This document shows, piece by piece, positions 56,380 to 61,147 of a stretch of DNA of 61,147 nt. Below the pieces are notes generated by a model. It had not been told where the DNA came from, did not search any database, and saw only the letters and a list, made by a program, of their open reading frames with translations. The position numbers and the translations under genes were made by a program. Positions within the stretch are counted from its first letter, which is position 1. Each line of letters begins with the position of its first letter. This DNA is from Candidatus Woesearchaeota archaeon (GTDB lineage Archaea > Nanobdellota > Nanobdellia > Woesearchaeales > ARS49): the NCBI GenBank assembly GCA_016929895.1, contig JAFGHW010000048.1, forward strand, positions 1 to 61,147. Direction: 5' to 3'.

Positions 56380-57057
56380 ATGTTAAAAAAACCAAAACTA
56401 ACCATTTTATCCATACTAATAATCGCCATGCTTGCGGCAGTACCATTAATTTCTGCTTTTGATGACGCTTTTGATGAATTTTTTACAGAAGACTCTTTTT
56501 TTACAGAAGACGGGGATTTTATATTTGAAGACGATCCTGATTTTTTTGTGTATTACCCAGAAGATGAAAGCCTTCTTTATGACGAACCATACGATGATTT
56601 ATTTATCGGCGACCCATTTGAAGACCCAATGATATTTGATGATTCATTTGATGTTCCTGGAGATGACATGCCTGAAATGGCGCCTCAAGATATACCTCTA
56701 GCACACCAACCAGAAGAACAACCTCCAGTAATAATTCGTGAAAAAGGACTAAGCATACAAATCACAGGAACAAGAATGCCTGATGAAATCAATGCAGGAG
56801 ACCAGCTATTATTAAGAATATACCTAAAAAATAATGGCAAAGAAAATCTAGACAACCTAAAAATCACTTTAGTAAACCAAGAATTGGCATTAAGACGCAG
56901 TGTTGGGCCTATGGATTTGAAAAAAGGAGACAAAGAAACCGAAATATTGCTATTAGACTTCCCATATGACACAGAATCAGGCTATTATTACCTAAGAATA
57001 AATGTTCATGCAAATGGAATAGACAGAGTTATATACCGTGATATATATGTTAGATAA
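56380..57057 (+). CDS. Secreted protein: signal peptide, Asp/Glu/Phe-rich tract, CARDB/S-layer-like beta domain
   Basis: 225 aa with the signal LTILSILIIAMLAAVPLISA. The tract reads FDDAFDEFFTEDSFFTEDGDFIFEDDPDFF.... The C-terminal domain reads LLLRIYLKNNGKENLDNLKITLVNQ. The ATG directly abuts the preceding TAA. Confidence 0.55.
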   Translation: MLKKPKLTILSILIIAMLAAVPLISAFDDAFDEFFTEDSFFTEDGDFIFEDDPDFFVYYPEDESLLYDEPYDDLFIGDPFEDPMIFDDSFDVPGDDMPEMAPQDIPLAHQPEEQPPVIIREKGLSIQITGTRMPDEINAGDQLLLRIYLKNNGKENLDNLKITLVNQELALRRSVGPMDLKKGDKETEILLLDFPYDTESGYYYLRINVHANGIDRVIYRDIYVR

Positions 57058-57186
57058 TAGCCGGAATAGTTACTTTATGATAGTCATATGAAATATATAG
57101 AAACTACTCAAGAATGATAAATCATAGAAAACTTTAAATACTCAAGCTTCATAAACCATATAAAATATGTGATTGGGGGTTGGAAA

Positions 57187-58428
57187 ATGAATATAACAAA
57201 GTTAATACCAATAATGGTTCTATTCTTAGTATTAGCAGTAGCAAGCGTAAGCGCACTGCCAATAACTATTGAAAAAGTAAAAATAGACGACACCATACTA
57301 GAGCCAAACGAATCAAACAAATTAAGCATAGAAAGAGGAGACGAACTACCAGTAGACGTATATTTTACTGTATCTGAAGACGTAGAAAATCTAGAAGTAC
57401 TAGCATTTATCTCAGGATACGAATACAACTACCTAGACCCTGTATCAGACTCTATAGGACCATTTGATGCAGAAGCAGATGTAAAATATCACAAAAAATT
57501 AAAACTAAACCTAAATGATGATTTTGACGAAGACAGCTACAAACTAAGAATAGTAGTATCAGACAGATACGGCGAAGAAGTAATCCAATCCTTTAACCTA
57601 AAAGTAGATGTACCAAGACACGAACTAAAAATCCAAGACGTAATCTTCAACCCTGAACTAAACATAAAAGCAGGAAGCGCGCTATTGGCGCAGGTAAGAC
57701 TAGAAAACAAAGGGGAAAAACAAGAAGACGACATAAAAGTAAAAGTATCAATACCAGAACTAGGGGTATCAGGAGCAGACTATGTAGATGAAATTGAAGA
57801 TACAGATGACAGCGAAGAATCAGAAGAAATCTACCTAAGAATACCAATGTGCGCAAAACCAGGAATATATGAAGTTAAAGTTTCAGCAGAATACGCAAAC
57901 GGACGAAGACAAATATCAACAATAAAATCAATAAATATCGAAGCAAATGACATGTGCGAAGAAACACCAAAAGTAAAAACAACAATAACTTTAGGAAAAC
58001 AACTAGAGAATGTATTGGCTGGAGAAACTGCAACCTATCCAATAACAATAACTAATAACTTAAAACAAAGCAAAAGCTACACAGTTAGCCTTGATGCAGG
58101 AGACTGGGCAGAAAGTGTTAAACTAACACCAGCAAGCACAATACTTGTTGACGGAGAAAGCTCAGAGACAATCTATGTTCATGCAACAACAGACTCAAAA
58201 ACAACAGGAGCAAAAGTATTAACTGCAACAATCAGCTCAGCAGGAAATACATTAAAACAACTAATATTAACTACAAATATTACAGCAAAACCATCAAATT
58301 GGCTAAAGCTAGCATTTGAAGCAATAGTGATTATTCTAGCAATCTTAGTAATACTAGTTGCAATAATCGTTGGATACTTAAAGTTAAAAGAAGACAACGA
58401 CGACACACAATCTGAAACCTACTATTAA
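57187..58428 (+). CDS. S-layer-like / CARDB-domain surface protein with C-terminal TM anchor
   Basis: The ATG at 57187 gives MNITKLIPIMVLFLVLAVASVSA (signal peptide). Repeated beta domains include VRLENKGEKQEDDIKVKVSIPELG and PITITNNLKQSKSYTVSL. The C-terminal helix is AIVIILAILVILVAIIVGYL. Confidence 0.6.
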   Translation: MNITKLIPIMVLFLVLAVASVSALPITIEKVKIDDTILEPNESNKLSIERGDELPVDVYFTVSEDVENLEVLAFISGYEYNYLDPVSDSIGPFDAEADVKYHKKLKLNLNDDFDEDSYKLRIVVSDRYGEEVIQSFNLKVDVPRHELKIQDVIFNPELNIKAGSALLAQVRLENKGEKQEDDIKVKVSIPELGVSGADYVDEIEDTDDSEESEEIYLRIPMCAKPGIYEVKVSAEYANGRRQISTIKSINIEANDMCEETPKVKTTITLGKQLENVLAGETATYPITITNNLKQSKSYTVSLDAGDWAESVKLTPASTILVDGESSETIYVHATTDSKTTGAKVLTATISSAGNTLKQLILTTNITAKPSNWLKLAFEAIVIILAILVILVAIIVGYLKLKEDNDDTQSETYY

Positions 58429-58472
58429 ACAATGGTTTCATTATTTTTTTCTTATTCAAAAAGGCAGGGAGC

Positions 58473-61031
58473 ATGAAAAAACTAATAATAACAACATTAG
58501 TGGTGATTCTGCTTCTTTTACCTGTAACTCTTGCCCAAGAAGATTTTACTGCGCAAGCAAAATCATTATATTCCCTTGAAAAATGCGTTAGTGAGAAAAA
58601 TATAATCACATTAACAAATACAGGAACACAAACAAACAATTATTTAATCGCAGGTGCGGGAAAAACCAAAGACTGGGTTCAATATCCCGGAATGTTCTCT
58701 ATCGAGCCAGGAAAAACAGTAAATGTAGAAACAATAATAGCAATTCCATGCGTTATTCCTGCAGGAAATTATCAACTAATACACTTAGTTTCAACAACTA
58801 CTGGCTTGGAAAAAGAAATAATCCAAGACTTGGTAGTTGAAGACACACAAAATATCATAGTAACAGTTGATTCAACAGAAAAAACAATAAAACCATGCAC
58901 CGAAGCGGCATATTCACTTAAAATAACAAATCCTTCAAGCTTTCAAGAAAAATATAAACTTTCTATAGACAACCCGGACGCAGAATTATCCACAGAAGAA
59001 ATAACAATAAATCCAAACGAAACAAAACAAATAACACTTACATTTGAACCAACAGATTGCTTTCAAACAGGCGAAAAAACACTGTTGTTTTCTGCTGAAA
59101 CCGAAAAAACAAAATTAATAGCAGAATTAGACCTTTTTGTTGAAATCCAAAATTATGGACTGCCAGAAATAGCATCAGGAGTCAACAAAATCAGAACATA
59201 TTATAATGAAAATATAGTTGATTTAGAAATTTTAAACAAGGGAGAGGAAGATACAAGTTATATTGTAAGCGTAACCGGAGCAGACTGGATAACAGTATCA
59301 CCAAGAATATTATCAGTAGAGCGCGGTAAAACAGAAGAAATAACCCTGAATTTGGCGCCAACTTCAGAAATAAAAAAAGGGAAATATCCAATTAAAATAA
59401 GCGCAGAACTAGAAGAAACGGGCGCAAAATATGAAAAAGAAATAATAGTAAAGCTAACCACTCATGGAGTTATTGACAATCTTTTTGACAAATACCTGCC
59501 ATTAACAGTTCTAATTATAATCGCATTGATAGTATTTGGAATAATCTCAGTTTATGCAATACAACACATGTCCACAGAAGAATACCAAAAACAAAAATTA
59601 AAAAGGCTAAAAGAAAAAGAAAAATTAAAGAAACAGCGCGAAAGAGAAAAAGCAAGAAAGAAAAAAGAAAAAGAACGACTAAAAAAAGAACGCGCTAATG
59701 AAAAGAAAAGAATAAAAGAAGAACGCCAAAAACAAAAAGAGAAAAAAATGCGGGAAAAAGAACGCAAAAAAGAAGCAAAACTAAGACTAAAAGCGCAAAA
59801 AGAAAAAGACCTGGAACGAAAAAGAAAAGAAAAAGAAAAAGAAGAAAAGAAAAGAGCACAAACATATCAAAAAGAACTAAGAAAAGAATATCATATAATC
59901 GCCAGAAAAGACATAATCGCGGGGAAACAAGAAAGAAAAATATTCTCTAAACTACTATTTGTATTGATACTACTTGTTCTTTTGGTAATAGCAATTGTTT
60001 TTATCAAACCAATCATAAACAACGTAAAATACGTTCTTCTAGGAATAATACTGCTGATATTATTATTTATTCTCGGAAAAATAAGACGAAAAAGAATAGT
60101 TAAAACAAAATGGAAAGGAATATCCTTAGCAAAAGAGAAAAAGATATTTGACATAAACTGGAAAAAAGGACTGCAACAAATCAAAATTAAACTAGAAACC
60201 CCAATTAAAAATTTTGCTGCCAAAGTAAAAAAAGGCCGCGGAAGAAACGAACGATACATATGCATAGACGAGCATATATACCAATATTTCAGAACAGAAA
60301 CAAACACAGACCAAGAAAATATTTCTGAAACAGAAATAACCTTCAAAGTCCCGCAAAAATGGCTCAAAAATAAAAAAATAGATGAAGAAGAAGTAGCACT
60401 TTATTACTTAGATAACGGAGAATGGAAAGAAATAGAAACAGAAAAAACAGGCTGGGACGAAAAATACGTATTTTTCAAAGCATATGCTGAGAAACTAGGC
60501 CAATTTGCAATAATCGGAACAGAAACAGCAGAAGAAATCAAAGAAGAAAAACCAAAAAAAAGCAAAGGCATACTAGCATTGATAGGCATTATAGTTATTG
60601 CTTTATTGATATTCTTATTATTAAAACCTGCTTCTATAGAACCAACAGCAGGAATTCCAACCCAAACATGGCTGCAAGGAGAACAACAAAGCCTTGATTT
60701 AAACGATTATTTTAAAGACCCTGACGGAGATTTATTAGAATTTAGTGCACTTAATGAAGTAGAAAATATAGACATATGGTTTAAAGATGGAATAGCATAT
60801 CTGACTCCTGACGCAGACTTTACAGGTGAAAGAACAATTATATTCGCAGCAGACGACAACAAAGGAGGATATGCAGAAAGCAATCCTGTAAAATTAATTG
60901 TTAAGAACAAGGTAATGAACAGCACATCTAAAATTATTAAATACGGATTAGGAATAATAATACTATTAGCCATAATAACAGTTATAATTAAATTCATTTT
61001 GATGATTAGAGAGAATTTAAGGGATGATTAA
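58473..61031 (+). CDS. Large mosaic surface/membrane protein: signal peptide, three CARDB-like domains, five hydrophobic helices, Lys/Glu/Arg-rich tract, PGF-pre-PGF-like domain, cadherin/Ig-like domain
   Basis: 852 aa. Predicted TM helices are encoded near nt 59497-59562, 59950-60005, 60033-60077, 60565-60625 and 60940-61000. The charged tract is encoded at about 59575-59890. Confidence 0.6.
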   Translation: MKKLIITTLVVILLLLPVTLAQEDFTAQAKSLYSLEKCVSEKNIITLTNTGTQTNNYLIAGAGKTKDWVQYPGMFSIEPGKTVNVETIIAIPCVIPAGNYQLIHLVSTTTGLEKEIIQDLVVEDTQNIIVTVDSTEKTIKPCTEAAYSLKITNPSSFQEKYKLSIDNPDAELSTEEITINPNETKQITLTFEPTDCFQTGEKTLLFSAETEKTKLIAELDLFVEIQNYGLPEIASGVNKIRTYYNENIVDLEILNKGEEDTSYIVSVTGADWITVSPRILSVERGKTEEITLNLAPTSEIKKGKYPIKISAELEETGAKYEKEIIVKLTTHGVIDNLFDKYLPLTVLIIIALIVFGIISVYAIQHMSTEEYQKQKLKRLKEKEKLKKQREREKARKKKEKERLKKERANEKKRIKEERQKQKEKKMREKERKKEAKLRLKAQKEKDLERKRKEKEKEEKKRAQTYQKELRKEYHIIARKDIIAGKQERKIFSKLLFVLILLVLLVIAIVFIKPIINNVKYVLLGIILLILLFILGKIRRKRIVKTKWKGISLAKEKKIFDINWKKGLQQIKIKLETPIKNFAAKVKKGRGRNERYICIDEHIYQYFRTETNTDQENISETEITFKVPQKWLKNKKIDEEEVALYYLDNGEWKEIETEKTGWDEKYVFFKAYAEKLGQFAIIGTETAEEIKEEKPKKSKGILALIGIIVIALLIFLLLKPASIEPTAGIPTQTWLQGEQQSLDLNDYFKDPDGDLLEFSALNEVENIDIWFKDGIAYLTPDADFTGERTIIFAADDNKGGYAESNPVKLIVKNKVMNSTSKIIKYGLGIIILLAIITVIIKFILMIRENLRDD
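59575..59890 (+). repeat. A-dominated, overwhelmingly purine low-complexity tract (coding for a Lys/Glu/Arg-rich segment)
   Basis: About 300 nt of aaag/gaaa/agaa-type sequence with few pyrimidines on the + strand. It translates to EEYQKQKLKRLKEKEKLKKQREREKARKKKEKERLKKERANEKKRIKEERQKQKEKKMREKERKKEAKLRLKAQKEKDLERKRKEKEKEEKKRAQ. Confidence 0.8.
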
Positions 61032-61065
61032 AGGGAGAATTTTTCTTATTCTTTGGAAAAAATAG

Positions 61066-61147
61066 TGGGGGCGCAGGGATTTGAACCCCGATCCACCGGT
61101 ATCTTCTGAACTCCACAACTGGAGCCGGTAATAATAGCCGGGTTATA
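61066..61147 (-). tRNA. tRNA-Trp (anticodon CCA) with an 18-nt insert after position 37; 5' acceptor strand cut off by the window edge
   Basis: Read on the minus strand, the D arm is AUAA/CCCGGCUA/UUAU and the anticodon stem is ACCGG/CCGGU. The loop is CU-CCA-G, then the insert UUGUGGAGUUCAGAAGAU (nt 61101-61118), then A. The T arm is CGGGG-UUCAAAU-CCCUG. The acceptor 3' strand is CGCCCCC, with discriminator A at 61066 and no encoded CCA. Confidence 0.68.

Noticed and set aside
59575-59890. The repetitive aaag/gaaa DNA might have been a CRISPR array, satellite or mobile-element remnant.
   Set aside because: There is no repeat-spacer periodicity. The tract is in frame within a long ORF and simply encodes a Lys/Glu/Arg-rich segment.
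53532-61147. The surface-protein region might be an integrated mobile island targeting the tRNA-Trp gene.
   Set aside because: No integrase, transposase or phage genes are present, and I could not find a direct repeat of the tRNA 3' end elsewhere in the window by eye.

Overview
The window is strongly AT-rich and densely packed with genes, and it looks archaeal. Three features support this: an STT3/AglB oligosaccharyltransferase with a WWDFG motif, a geranylgeranyl-reductase-family gene, and a partial tRNA-Trp with an insert in the anticodon loop. Lineage cannot be fixed from sequence alone; a DPANN-like or methanogen-like origin is a guess.

From about nt 800 to 53,500 the window is one very large cell-envelope glycosylation locus. 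It holds 4 GT2, 5 GT4 and 2 GT9 glycosyltransferases, 2-3 GT-C-like membrane transferases and AglB. It also holds a Wzx-type flippase, 4 DegT-family sugar aminotransferases, and GDP-mannose 4,6-dehydratase with a perosamine-synthase-like gene. A WbpB/D/E-like diacetamido-sugar operon, acetyltransferases, methyltransferases, an ATP-grasp/SDR fusion and an HAD hydrolase are also present.

Five things stand out within this locus:
1. A phosphonate branch at the left edge (phosphonopyruvate decarboxylase plus Fe-alcohol dehydrogenase) predicts 2-hydroxyethylphosphonate.
2. Four mutually divergent B12-binding radical SAM enzymes and one radical SAM/SPASM enzyme are interleaved with the sugar genes.
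3. An ADP-heptose module is flanked by two GT9 genes. Its heptose kinase is fused to a phosphomannose-isomerase-type cupin, and no SIS-type GmhA is visible.
4. AglB carries a C-terminal FKBP peptidyl-prolyl isomerase domain.
5. Two overlapping GT2/GT-C gene pairs are present.

From about nt 53,600 to 61,000 the composition appears less AT-rich by eye. This stretch holds a co-directional five-gene operon of secreted or membrane-anchored proteins. They are a lipobox protein, a disordered acidic single-pass membrane protein, an aromatic-acidic secreted protein, an S-layer-like CARDB protein and an 852-aa mosaic multi-pass surface protein with a lysine/glutamate/arginine tract.

I saw no CRISPR array, transposase, integrase or rRNA. 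All functional calls rest on motifs read by eye, and no database search was run.
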